NCBI GenBank assembly: GCA_045863855.1
Contig: BTVV01000127.1
Location: forward strand, 1 to 17,627
Source: Planctomycetota bacterium
GTDB taxonomy: Bacteria; Planctomycetota; SZUA-567; H5-PLA8
DNA length: 17,627 bases
Direction: 5' to 3'
The notes below the pieces were generated by a model. It worked only from the letters and a program-made list of their open reading frames with translations. It did no database searches and was not told where the DNA came from. Below are positions 1 to 8,652 of this stretch, piece after piece (the first letter of the stretch is position 1; every line of letters begins with the position of its first letter). The position numbers were made by a program, and so were the translations under genes.

Positions 1-3000
1 GTAAGCTGCTGACGGAAGACGAGTACCGCAAGGCAGTGGAAGATTACGGCGCGGGATCGTTCAAGGCCGACATGGGCGCCGAGGCGGTCCGCGAGCTGCT
101 GAAGGAAGTGAAGCTGCCCGAGCTGGCCGAGCAGCTCCGCACGGGCCTGCGCGAGTCGAAGTCGAAGCAGAAAACCGAGAACTACATCAAGCGCCTGCGC
201 ATCGTCGAGGCGATGATCCAGTCGGGCAACAAGCCCGAGTGGATGATCATGGACGTGATCCCGGTGATTCCGCCGGATCTGCGCCCGCTGGTGCCGTTGG
301 AGAGCGGTAACTTCGCGACGAGCGATCTGAACGACCTGTACCGCCGCGTGATCAACCGCAACAACCGGCTGAAGAAGCTGCTCGACCTGAACGCGCCGGG
401 CGTGATCATCCGCAACGAGAAGCGCATGCTGCAGCAGGCGGTGGACGCGCTCTTCGACAACGGCCGCTGCAAGCGGCCGGTGCTGGGCACGGGCAACCGT
501 CCGCTGAAGTCGCTGACGGACATGATCAAGGGCAAGCAGGGCCGCTTCCGCGAAAACCTGCTGGGCAAGCGCGTCGACTACTCGGGGCGCTCGGTCATCG
601 TCGTCGGCCCCAGCCTGAAGCTGAACCAGGTCGGTCTGCCGAAGAAGATCGCGCTGGAGCTGTTCCAGCCGTTCATCATCCGCAAGCTGAAGGAGCAGGG
701 TTACGCGGACACGATCAAGAGCGCGAAGAAGATCCTGGAACGGAAGGACGAGGAAGTCTGGGACGTGCTGGAAGAGGTGACCAAGGGCCACCCGGTGATG
801 CTGAACCGCGCGCCGACCCTGCACCGCATGGGTATCCAGGCGTTCTATCCGGTGTTGATCGAAGGCGACGCGATCATGATTCACCCGCTGGTCTGCGCGG
901 GGTTCAACGCGGACTTCGACGGCGACCAGATGGCCGTGCACTTGCCGCTTTCGATGGAAGCGCAGGTCGAAGCGACGATGCTGATGCTTTCGACGAACAA
1001 CATCTTCTCGCCCGCGCACGGCAATCCGGTGATCACGCCGGACTTGGACATCGTGATGGGCTGCTACTTCCTGACCAGCGAAGGCAAGAAGATCAAGGGC
1101 GAAGGGACGGCCTTCAGCACGAAGGAAGAGGTCTTCCTGGCCTTCGACGCGGGCCGCGTGGGCAAACGCGCGAAGATCCGGCTGCGCATCCCGGGCCGCA
1201 AGGTGCTGGACGAGAAGGGCGTGGTGAAGGGCAAGAACGATCTGTACGAGGTCACGGTAGGCCGCGTGATCTTCAACGACATCCTGCCGGAGGGGATGCC
1301 GTTCTACAACATGACGCTGGACAAGGGCCGTTTGAAGCGCGTGGTCTCGGACTGCCACCTGTACTGCGGCCGCCCGAAAACGGTGGAACTGCTGGACCGG
1401 CTGAAGGAGACGGGCTTCCACGAAGCGACGATGTCCGGTTTGAGTTTCGCGGCGAGCGACCTGAAGATTCCGGACAGCAAGGCGAAGATCGTCGACGAAG
1501 CGGACAAGAAGGTCGCTCAGATTCGCAAGTCGTTCGAGCGCGGCATCATCACGGACGGCGAACGCTACCGTCTGACGATCGACGTCTGGACGCACGTGCG
1601 CGACCGCATTTGGAAGGAGGTGATGAGTTCATTGAAATACGACGAACGCGAGGCCGATCCGCATTACGTGAATCCGGTCTTCTACATCATCAACTCCGGC
1701 TCGCGCGGTAACGAAGCGCAGGTCGGCCAGTTGTGCGGGATCCGCGGCCTGATGGCGAAGCCGTCGGGCGAGATCCTGGAGACGCCGATCAAGTCGAACT
1801 TCCGCGAAGGCCTGCGCGGGCTGGAATACTTCAGCTCGACGCACGGCGCGCGCAAGGGTCTGGCCGACACGGCGTTGAAGACGGCGAACTCGGGTTACCT
1901 GACGCGCAAGCTGGTCGAAGTGGCGCAGGACGTGACGATCACGATGTATGACTGCGGCACGCAGAACGGCGTGACGAAGGGCGCGGTGTACCGCGGCGAA
2001 AACATCGATCTGCCGCTGGCGACGGCGATTCGCGGCCGCACGGCGCGCGACCGGATCACGCATCTGGTCACCGGCGAAACGATCGTGGACGAGAACCAGG
2101 CGATAACTCCGGCCATCGCGGAGAAGATCGAGGAGTTCCTGGGCAAGGACGGGAAGATCCGCGTGCGCAGTTCGCTGACGTGCGAAGCGCCGCGCGGGAT
2201 GTGCGCGCTGTGCTACGGCATGGACCTCTCGCTGGGCAAGCCCGTCGAGATGGGCACGGCGGTGGGCGTGATCGCCGCACAGTCGGTCGGCGAACCGGGC
2301 ACGCAGTTGACGATGCGTACGTTCCACGTCGGCGGCTTGGGCCAGCGGACGGTCGAACAGTCCGAAACCCGCAGCAAGGGGGCGGGCACCGTCAAACTGG
2401 TGGGCGCCGAGGCGGTGGTGACGGATACGGGCGAAGTCGTGGTGCTGAACCGCAACGCGGAAATCCAGATCCTCGACGAGCGCGGCCGCGAACTGGAAAA
2501 GTACACCATTTTGACGGGCGCGGTGCTGCTGGTGAAGGACGGCGAAACGGTTCCGCCGCGCAAGCCGCTGGTGAAGTGGGACCCGCACAACATTCCGATC
2601 CTGACCGAAGTGGGCGGCACGGTAGCGTTCGAGGATTTCATCGCCGACGTGACCTACCGCGAAGAAGCCGACCCGGGCACGGGCTTCAAGCGCAAAGTGA
2701 TCGTCGAGCATCGCGGCGACCACCATCCGCAGATCGTCATCAAGAACGACGAGGGGCAGATCCAGGGCGTGTACGCGATCCCCGAGAAGGCGTTCGTGGA
2801 CGTCGAAGAAGGCCAGAAAGTGATGTCGGGCAAGCTGCTGGCCAAGACGCCGCGCAAGATCAGCGGCACGCAGGACATCACGGGCGGCCTGCCGCGCGTG
2901 ACGGAACTGTTCGAAGCGCGCAAGCCGAAGGAACCGGCGATCATGGCGGAGATCGACGGGACCGTGGAGTTCGGCGACCGCAAACGCGGCAAGCGCACGA

Positions 3001-3710
3001 TCCTGATCAAGTCCGAGTCGGGCCTGGAGATGGAACACCTGGTTCCGCAGGGCAAGCACATCCTGGTGCGCAAAGGCGACAAGGTGAAGGCCGGCGACCG
3101 CCTGGTCGACGGCTCGCTGATCCCGCACGACATCCTGCGGATCAGCGGTCCGGAGCGCGTGCAGATGTACATCTTGGGCGAGATCCAGGCGGTGTACCGC
3201 AGCCAAGGCGTGCCGATCGACGACCGGCACATCGAACTGCTGACGCGGCAGATGATGCGCAAGGTTCAGATCGGGGATCCGGGTGAAACCGGCTTCCTGC
3301 CGACCGACCTGATCCACCGCGGCGAGTTCGATATCCGCAACAAGGATATGATGGCCACGGGCAAGCGGCCGGCGACGGCGATGCCGGTGCTGCTGGGCAT
3401 CGCGCGTGCATCCTTGCAGTCGGAAAGCTGGATCGCGGCGGCGAGCTTCCAGGAAACCACGAAGGTGCTCACGGAAGCCGCGATCGCGGGACGGCGAGAC
3501 GAGCTGCGTGGCTTAAAGGAGAACGTGATCCTCGGGCACATCGTACCGGCGGGCACGGGCTTCCGCGATCTGCAGCTCAGCATCGTCCGGCGCGCGGAAG
3601 CTCCGGTCCTGACGCAGGATGCGGCGCGCGAAGAACTGCCCGCGGCGGCTCCGGCCGCCGTCGAGCAACCGGCTCCGGCCAGCGCGCCGGAAGGCGGCGG
3701 CGGTCAGTAA
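1..3710 (+). CDS. rpoC: DNA-directed RNA polymerase subunit beta' (5'-truncated by window; frame open from position 3)
   Basis: The protein has the catalytic NADFDGD motif (906-926), plus [29 protein letters not shown], the bridge helix [22 protein letters not shown], the trigger loop [13 protein letters not shown] and the C-terminal [16 protein letters not shown]. The frame reads [12 protein letters not shown] from base 3, so GTG at 36 is not the true start. Confidence 0.99.
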   Translation, partial: KLLTEDEYRKAVEDYGAGSFKADMGAEAVRELLKEVKLPELAEQLRTGLRESKSKQKTENYIKRLRIVEAMIQSGNKPEWMIMDVIPVIPPDLRPLVPLESGNFATSDLNDLYRRVINRNNRLKKLLDLNAPGVIIRNEKRMLQQAVDALFDNGRCKRPVLGTGNRPLKSLTDMIKGKQGRFRENLLGKRVDYSGRSVIVVGPSLKLNQVGLPKKIALELFQPFIIRKLKEQGYADTIKSAKKILERKDEEVWDVLEEVTKGHPVMLNRAPTLHRMGIQAFYPVLIEGDAIMIHPLVCAGFNADFDGDQMAVHLPLSMEAQVEATMLMLSTNNIFSPAHGNPVITPDLDIVMGCYFLTSEGKKIKGEGTAFSTKEEVFLAFDAGRVGKRAKIRLRIPGRKVLDEKGVVKGKNDLYEVTVGRVIFNDILPEGMPFYNMTLDKGRLKRVVSDCHLYCGRPKTVELLDRLKETGFHEATMSGLSFAASDLKIPDSKAKIVDEADKKVAQIRKSFERGIITDGERYRLTIDVWTHVRDRIWKEVMSSLKYDEREADPHYVNPVFYIINSGSRGNEAQVGQLCGIRGLMAKPSGEILETPIKSNFREGLRGLEYFSSTHGARKGLADTALKTANSGYLTRKLVEVAQDVTITMYDCGTQNGVTKGAVYRGENIDLPLATAIRGRTARDRITHLVTGETIVDENQAITPAIAEKIEEFLGKDGKIRVRSSLTCEAPRGMCALCYGMDLSLGKPVEMGTAVGVIAAQSVGEPGTQLTMRTFHVGGLGQRTVEQSETRSKGAGTVKLVGAEAVVTDTGEVVVLNRNAEIQILDERGRELEKYTILTGAVLLVKDGETVPPRKPLVKWDPHNIPILTEVGGTVAFEDFIADVTYREEADPGTGFKRKVIVEHRGDHHPQIVIKNDEGQIQGVYAIPEKAFVDVEEGQKVMSGKLLAKTPRKISGTQDITGGLPRVTELFEARKPKEPAIMAEIDGTVEFGDRKRGKRTILIKSESGLEMEHLVPQGKHILVRKGDKVKAGDRLVDGSLIPHDILRISGPERVQMYILGEIQAVYRSQGVPIDDRHIELLTRQMMRKVQIGDPGETGFLPTDLIHRGEFDIRNKDMMATGKRPATAMPVLLGIARASLQSESWIAAASFQETTKVLTEAAIAGRRDELRGLKENVILGHIVPAGTGFRDLQLSIVRRAEAPVLTQDAAREELPAAAPAAVEQPAPASAPEGGGGQ

Positions 3711-3735
3711 CCGTAACGGTTGACTTGGATGGCTT

Positions 3736-3776
3736 AAACGGGCGCAGTGGCGATGCCGCTGCGCCCGTTTTCTTTT
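3736..3776 (+). terminator. Rho-independent terminator after rpoC
   Basis: A 16-bp stem AAACGGGCGCAGTGGC / GCCGCTGCGCCCGTTT (one G-U pair) with a 3-nt loop GAT ends in a T-rich tract (TTTTCTTTT). It starts 25 nt after the rpoC stop. Confidence 0.92.
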
Positions 3777-3877
3777 GCACCTCCGAAAGCCCAAATCGGT
3801 CAGACCTCGCTGCACGCGTGGTGTATGCTGGTAGGGGTGGTCTATACCTCGTTTGCTAACTTGGGAGCCTGTAACCG

Positions 3878-6277
3878 ATGAATTTCATTCGAGTTGCGTT
3901 GGTGGTGGGCGTGCTGATGTGCGCGGAGTACCTCACGGCGGCCGAACCCGTGGCCGCGGTGAAGTTGGCCGAAACCAGCTTGGACGCAGCGGCTTGGGAG
4001 AAGGGCGCTGCCGGTGAGCCCGAGGCGCACGCGGTGCTTAAGGCGGGCAAGGCGGGAGCGATCGCGCTGAAGGCGTGGTGGGGCGAAGGGCTGCGACCCG
4101 CGGCGGGAAGCGCGTGGCGGGTGGAGGTGCGCTTCAAGGACGACGCGACGCAACCGGTGACGGTTCAGGCGTTCGCGGGGCTGCCGGGGCGGTACGAGTT
4201 GCATCGCATCGGCGGTTGGGCCGATGGCCAGTGGAAGACGGCGCTCGTGCCGCTGCCGTGGGATCAGGTCATGAAGCTGCCGGGCGCCGAGCAGACGGAA
4301 CTGGTGCTGACTTCGAGCGTGGCGCTGAAGGTAGCCTCGGTGCAGGTCGTGCCCGGCGATGCCGCCGCCGACGAAGCACGCTGGGCGGCGGAGACGCGGG
4401 AGTGGATCGCTCGGGTTCAGGCCGAAAAGCGCAACGCGTTGAAACCCGCGGAAGCGCAGGCTGCCGTACTGCCGGAGGATTGGAAGGCGCAGCCGCTGGT
4501 GCCGTACGTGCGGCCGTATGGGCGGCTCATCGGGGTGGAATCCGCGCCGCAATCGGGCGAAGCCGGGGCGGCGGTGAAGCTGAGCATGGCGTTGAACGAG
4601 ACCGAACCGGCGCAGTTCGGCGTTTACGCCAACGGCAAGGATTTGACGAAGGTGACGGCGGCGCTGGTCGACGGCGGGCTGGCGGGCGAAGGCGGCAAGA
4701 AGCTTGCGGCGACGGCGGAGCTCTTCGCGGCCGAGTACGCGGTGACGAAACGGGGGCAGCTTTTCCCGCAACGTTTCTGGCCCGCGTATGCGGTGAACGT
4801 TCCGGCGGGCCGCTCGCACCTGTTCTGGCTTAACGTGACCACCACCGAAGGCGCGGCGGCGGGTTTGTACCGCGGTGCAGTGGAGTTAAAAGCCGATGGC
4901 GTGGAACCCGTACGCGTGGCGGTGGAAGTCGAAGTGCGCCCCATCAAGCTGCTGACGATGCGGGAGGCCGGCCTGCATATGGGTTCGTGCACCACGGGGC
5001 TGATCCCGGCGAGCGAGTTGGCGTACATCGGACGGCACAACCACAACAGCATCAACATCTGGTACAGCGGCGTCGCACCGAAGATCGTGAAGAAGTCGGC
5101 GACGGAATTCGATCTCGACTTCACGGTCCTGGACGACTTCATGAAGCACGCCAAGGCGGCGGGCATCGAAAACGTGGTTTGGTTCCTGGGCGGCGATCCG
5201 TACAGCTATCCCGATTCGCTGCATCTGGAGCGGGAACTGTACCGGCAGGTGCACTTCGACGGGGATTCGATGGCCGGGCGCAAGGAGTTCATCCAAAAGA
5301 CTTGCGCGGGCGGCGGCGCGATGGAACCGGCGCTGCGCGAACTGTACAAGCAGTGGACCCAGAAGGTCTACAAGCACGCGGAGGAGGCGGGCTGGCCCGA
5401 GGTGATCCTGACGCCCTTCGACGAACCGGCGAAGTGGGTGCAGGAGAATTGGGCGAAGGCCGATGTGTATTTCGCCAAGGACAAGGAAGGCCCGTGGCAT
5501 ACGGTCGCGAAGCTGAAGGCGAAAGAAAAGGATGCGTGGCTGAAGGAGCAGGAGGCCAAGGGCCGGATCGTGGAGCATTGGGGCTTGGGCGGGGCAGGTC
5601 CGTGGATCAAGACGCACTTCAAGGATGCCTGCGCGGCGATTCACGAAGGCTGGCCGAAGGCGCGGATCTACGCGTCGATCCACCACAACCGTCCGGGCGG
5701 GAATCCGCCGAACGAGGGGATCTGCTTCCTGGAAGACGTGGAAGTCTTCTGCACGAACGCGATTCACGAGGATCCGAAGCTGGGCGACAAAGTGCGCGCC
5801 GGCGGACCGACCAAGACCTTCTGGCAGTACTCGGGCTGCGGGGACGACCGCGGTCCGACCGAGGCGCGCTACAGCTTCGGGTTCTTCTTCGCGGCCTTCG
5901 ATTCGCGCGGGAGTTTGTGCTGGGCGTACAACTGGGGCAATCGCTTCGATACCTCCAGCGGCGACAACTGGGTTTACGCCTGGACCTCGCCCAACGGACT
6001 GATCCGCGCGCCGTTCCTGGACGGTGTGCGCGAGGCCTGGGACGACCGGCGCTACATCGAGACGCTGCGCGCGCGCGCCAAGGAAAAGGGCGAGGCGGCG
6101 GCGCAGGAAGCCGAGAGCTTCCTGGGCGGGCTCTTCGACAGCGCCGTCAAGACGCGCAGCGAAGGCGGGCGTGACACGGTCAACGATTTCTTCGCGCGGA
6201 CCAACGATCCGGATGCGCTGGAGTCGATGCGCGCCAAAATCGCGGCGAAGATCGTCGAACTGGGCGCCGCCAAATAG
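3878..6277 (+). CDS. Secreted glycoside hydrolase-like protein, GH123/DUF4091-related (799 aa)
   Basis: Sec signal peptide (MNFIRVALVVGVLMCAEYLTA) and a GGGAG SD at ~3863. The Ig-like segment (ALNETEPAQF...FWLNV....AAAGLYRGAVEL...VEVEVRPIKL) resembles GH123/DUF6067 N-domains. There is a DE dyad in FDEP (5417-5428), and the C-terminal FLDGVREAWDDRRY resembles the DUF4091 motif. Substrate not determinable. Confidence 0.7.
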   Translation: MNFIRVALVVGVLMCAEYLTAAEPVAAVKLAETSLDAAAWEKGAAGEPEAHAVLKAGKAGAIALKAWWGEGLRPAAGSAWRVEVRFKDDATQPVTVQAFAGLPGRYELHRIGGWADGQWKTALVPLPWDQVMKLPGAEQTELVLTSSVALKVASVQVVPGDAAADEARWAAETREWIARVQAEKRNALKPAEAQAAVLPEDWKAQPLVPYVRPYGRLIGVESAPQSGEAGAAVKLSMALNETEPAQFGVYANGKDLTKVTAALVDGGLAGEGGKKLAATAELFAAEYAVTKRGQLFPQRFWPAYAVNVPAGRSHLFWLNVTTTEGAAAGLYRGAVELKADGVEPVRVAVEVEVRPIKLLTMREAGLHMGSCTTGLIPASELAYIGRHNHNSINIWYSGVAPKIVKKSATEFDLDFTVLDDFMKHAKAAGIENVVWFLGGDPYSYPDSLHLERELYRQVHFDGDSMAGRKEFIQKTCAGGGAMEPALRELYKQWTQKVYKHAEEAGWPEVILTPFDEPAKWVQENWAKADVYFAKDKEGPWHTVAKLKAKEKDAWLKEQEAKGRIVEHWGLGGAGPWIKTHFKDACAAIHEGWPKARIYASIHHNRPGGNPPNEGICFLEDVEVFCTNAIHEDPKLGDKVRAGGPTKTFWQYSGCGDDRGPTEARYSFGFFFAAFDSRGSLCWAYNWGNRFDTSSGDNWVYAWTSPNGLIRAPFLDGVREAWDDRRYIETLRARAKEKGEAAAQEAESFLGGLFDSAVKTRSEGGRDTVNDFFARTNDPDALESMRAKIAAKIVELGAAK

Positions 6278-6285
6278 CCGGATCC

Positions 6286-6451
6286 AGGCTCTGTCCCGAA
6301 ACGCTTCTTCGGCCTCTGTTTGCGGGGGCCTGCGCAGCGCTTCGTCAGCCTCGCTTGCTGTATCTACTCTAGAGCTACGGCGCGTTCGGCTTCCTCGCCC
6401 TGCTTGGTCCGCGCGTCGCATTCGCTTTCGAAGCGCTTTGGGACAGAGCCT
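6286..6451. mobile_element. MITE-like/REP-like non-coding element with 22-bp terminal inverted repeats and nested hairpins
   Basis: Left end AGGCTCTGTCCCGAAACGCTTC (6286-6307) matches the reverse complement of right end GAAGCGCTTTGGGACAGAGCCT (6430-6451) at 20/22. An inner hairpin GCTGTATCTA-CTC-TAGAGCTACGGC lies at 6357-6381. The element sits between convergent genes and has no credible internal ORF. Confidence 0.65.
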
Positions 6452-8312
6452 AGGCCCTGCCCTGCGGCTTGAGGTTGAGCGAGAGCCGCAGCTTGCGAGA
6501 CCACGCGCCGGCGCGAAGGGTCAAACGGATTCCCGTCTTCGCGGCATCGAGTTCCACGCGCGCGGGCGAGGAGCCCGGCACAAGCAGGGTGGCGAAGACG
6601 AACGATTTGTGGAGTTGCTCGGTACACCAGCGCAGCACGGTGGCGGACGGCCCGGGCGTGGTGGGCGCCGTCCGCGCCTGGAAGAGTCCGGCGGGCAAGT
6701 TAGAGGCAAAGGCCGCCTGGAGCCGGTGGCGCCGGCCGGCGATGCGGGCGCGGTTCTTGCCGGCTGTGACCTTCGCGTAGGTGTGCAACCGCGATTCGAT
6801 GCGCGCCGGATGCGGCGTGACGACTCGGTCGACGATCAGCAGCGCCTTGCCTTCCAGCAATAGAAACAGCCGAGCGCAGCATTTCGCGGCCGGTCCGTCG
6901 CGCATTCCGCCCATGCACGAGCGGGCGTCGAGCAGCAGTCCCACGTCCTGTCCCAGGGCCAGGGGCCGGGTCTTCACGCGCGAAGGCTCGGCGACGCCGA
7001 CGCCGTTGATCAGGATCGTATTCTTCGAGGCGGGCATGGTTTCGAAAAGTTCGTAGCGCCTCGAACTGAAGGTCGTGTCGAGGTATTCGCCCACGCCGAG
7101 GTTTTCGATGAGCGGTTCGTCGCCGACGACCGCGTGGAAACTGAGCAGGTCGCGGTGACCGTGAGGCGCGGGGATCGCGCCTCCGCGCACGGCGACGGCG
7201 AAGGCCGGGCTTGGCCAGCGGTCGGCCAGAAGCCCCCAGTCCATGCCGCGGTACAGCTTGAGGTACGGACGCGCGGTACGGGAAGCCGGAAGCTTGCGGC
7301 GCGGGTGCAGCAGGAGCAGTTCGGCGGCGTTGGGCCAGTTGCCTTGGCGGAGGTTTATGCGATCGGCATGGCGGTCGAGCTCGGGGAGCAGATCGGTGCG
7401 TTCCATGCGTTCGGCCGCCGCGTAATGGAAGGGCAGGGGCGTCCAGCGATTCACGTCGCCGAAGCTGCACGGTACCGCGTTCGGACAGAAGTCGAGGGGG
7501 AATTCGAGCGTGCGGCGCACATCCGGGCCTTTGAGCAGCGGATGCGCGCGCCCGGTCGCACGCTCGTGCGAGAGCAGGTACATGAAGGCGTAGCGCATGC
7601 CGTAATTCCAGTACCCGATGCCTTCGGGCCATGCGCCGCGCGTGGTCTTCAGCGCGTGCATGAAGGGGATCATCGAGCGCTCGGCAAGCGGAACGGCCTT
7701 GCGCGCTTCGGGGAGCGATTCGTAGGTGGCCAGCGCGAGCATCCCCGCGCCGCCGGCGCATACGGAGTTCCAGTTGCTGTGCGCGCTGCGGAACCACCAC
7801 GGAGGTTGCTTGAGGCCAAGTTGGTGCAGGAACGGAGCCAAGGCGCGATCGCGGGCGATGCGTTCGAGGTGCGCGCGCTCGTCGGCGGAAAGCGTATCGA
7901 ACAACGCGTCGTATCCGAGGGCCAGGGTCGCTGCGTTCTCCCCGTAGCTCAAGTCGAAGATGGCCAGAGGGTCGGAGTTGCCCTGGCGCCAGGTAATCCA
8001 GGACCAGAAGCGCCACGCGCCCAGTTCGCGCAGGTGGTCCCAAGCGGCGCGGCGAAAGCGCTCCTGTCCGGTACGCCGCCATTGGACCAGCAGCACGACC
8101 ACGCGGGTCTGCATAATCCGCGCGCGGACCAGGTGCGCGTTATGCGTATTCAGTATCCAATCGAATTGGGGCGTGCGGACGAACTCATGCGCCTGCTTGG
8201 CGACGGCCGTTTCCGCGCGGCGCAGCAACTCGGACTCCGCCGGCTGAACCACGCGCGCGAACGCATCTTGCGAGATGTAGAGCCGGGGATGGGCGGCCAG
8301 GCGGGCGGGCAT
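6450..8312 (-). CDS. Heparinase II/III-like polysaccharide/oligosaccharide lyase family protein (620 aa)
   Basis: N-terminal HPRLY, SNWNSVC, GAWPEGIGYWNYG (alpha-toroid catalytic region), FGD, HGHRD (7149-7163), NTILING and LLIVDRV all fit the heparinase II/III-like/DUF4962 pattern. GAGGAG SD upstream of the ATG. No signal peptide. Confidence 0.8.
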   Translation of the reverse strand: MPARLAAHPRLYISQDAFARVVQPAESELLRRAETAVAKQAHEFVRTPQFDWILNTHNAHLVRARIMQTRVVVLLVQWRRTGQERFRRAAWDHLRELGAWRFWSWITWRQGNSDPLAIFDLSYGENAATLALGYDALFDTLSADERAHLERIARDRALAPFLHQLGLKQPPWWFRSAHSNWNSVCAGGAGMLALATYESLPEARKAVPLAERSMIPFMHALKTTRGAWPEGIGYWNYGMRYAFMYLLSHERATGRAHPLLKGPDVRRTLEFPLDFCPNAVPCSFGDVNRWTPLPFHYAAAERMERTDLLPELDRHADRINLRQGNWPNAAELLLLHPRRKLPASRTARPYLKLYRGMDWGLLADRWPSPAFAVAVRGGAIPAPHGHRDLLSFHAVVGDEPLIENLGVGEYLDTTFSSRRYELFETMPASKNTILINGVGVAEPSRVKTRPLALGQDVGLLLDARSCMGGMRDGPAAKCCARLFLLLEGKALLIVDRVVTPHPARIESRLHTYAKVTAGKNRARIAGRRHRLQAAFASNLPAGLFQARTAPTTPGPSATVLRWCTEQLHKSFVFATLLVPGSSPARVELDAAKTGIRLTLRAGAWSRKLRLSLNLKPQGRA

Positions 8313-8347
8313 GCGGTCTCCTCATGGCTCGAGGCACGGCGATAGGC

Positions 8348-8629
8348 CTACTTTTGTGGAGCGCTTTCGCCATCCGGCTCCGGATTGCCCGGCGGCGCGT
8401 GCGGCGCGCGAGCCAGCGTGACCAGGAGCGCCACGGGCCAGAGCAAGAAGAGGAAAAGGTAGCCGAAGATGGCGAGCGGCCCTTCGAGCAGACGCAGCGC
8501 TTTGTGGTCGTGATCGTCGCCGTAACCGATGGCCGATTCATGGTAGGCCATATGCACGGCGAACGCGGTGATGGCGAGACCGATCAGGAGGTAAAGCACG
8601 AGGGCGACGACGAGGATGATTTTGAGCAC
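8348..8629 (-). CDS. Small membrane protein, two predicted TM helices (93 aa)
   Basis: GTG start with a GAGG SD ~7 nt upstream. Two hydrophobic stretches (IILVVALVLYLLIGLAITAFAV; GPLAIFGYLFLFLLWPVALLVTL). It fills the gap between lptD and the lyase on the same strand. Confidence 0.75.
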   Translation of the reverse strand: MLKIILVVALVLYLLIGLAITAFAVHMAYHESAIGYGDDHDHKALRLLEGPLAIFGYLFLFLLWPVALLVTLARAPHAPPGNPEPDGESAPQK

Positions 8630-8652
8630 GGCTCAACCTCGCATCGAGGGCG

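Noticed and set aside
2337..2867. ~177-aa insertion in the RpoC trigger loop
   Set aside because: It corresponds to the well-known lineage-specific SI3/beta'i6 insertion of many Gram-negative phyla. It is not an intein: no Cys/Ser start with His-Asn end and no LAGLIDADG motif.
1629..3317. 562-aa antisense ORF and 368-aa alternative-frame ORF (2180-3286) within rpoC
   Set aside because: Shadow ORFs expected from high GC3 codon bias, with no recognisable motifs.
3590..3710. Ala/Pro/Glu-rich RpoC C-terminal tail
   Set aside because: Variable low-complexity tails are common on beta' subunits.
4886..6421. 511-aa minus-strand ORF and other overlapping ORFs across the hydrolase gene
   Set aside because: Antisense or frame-shifted shadows of a well-supported gene, with Arg/Ala/Gly-rich non-protein-like composition.
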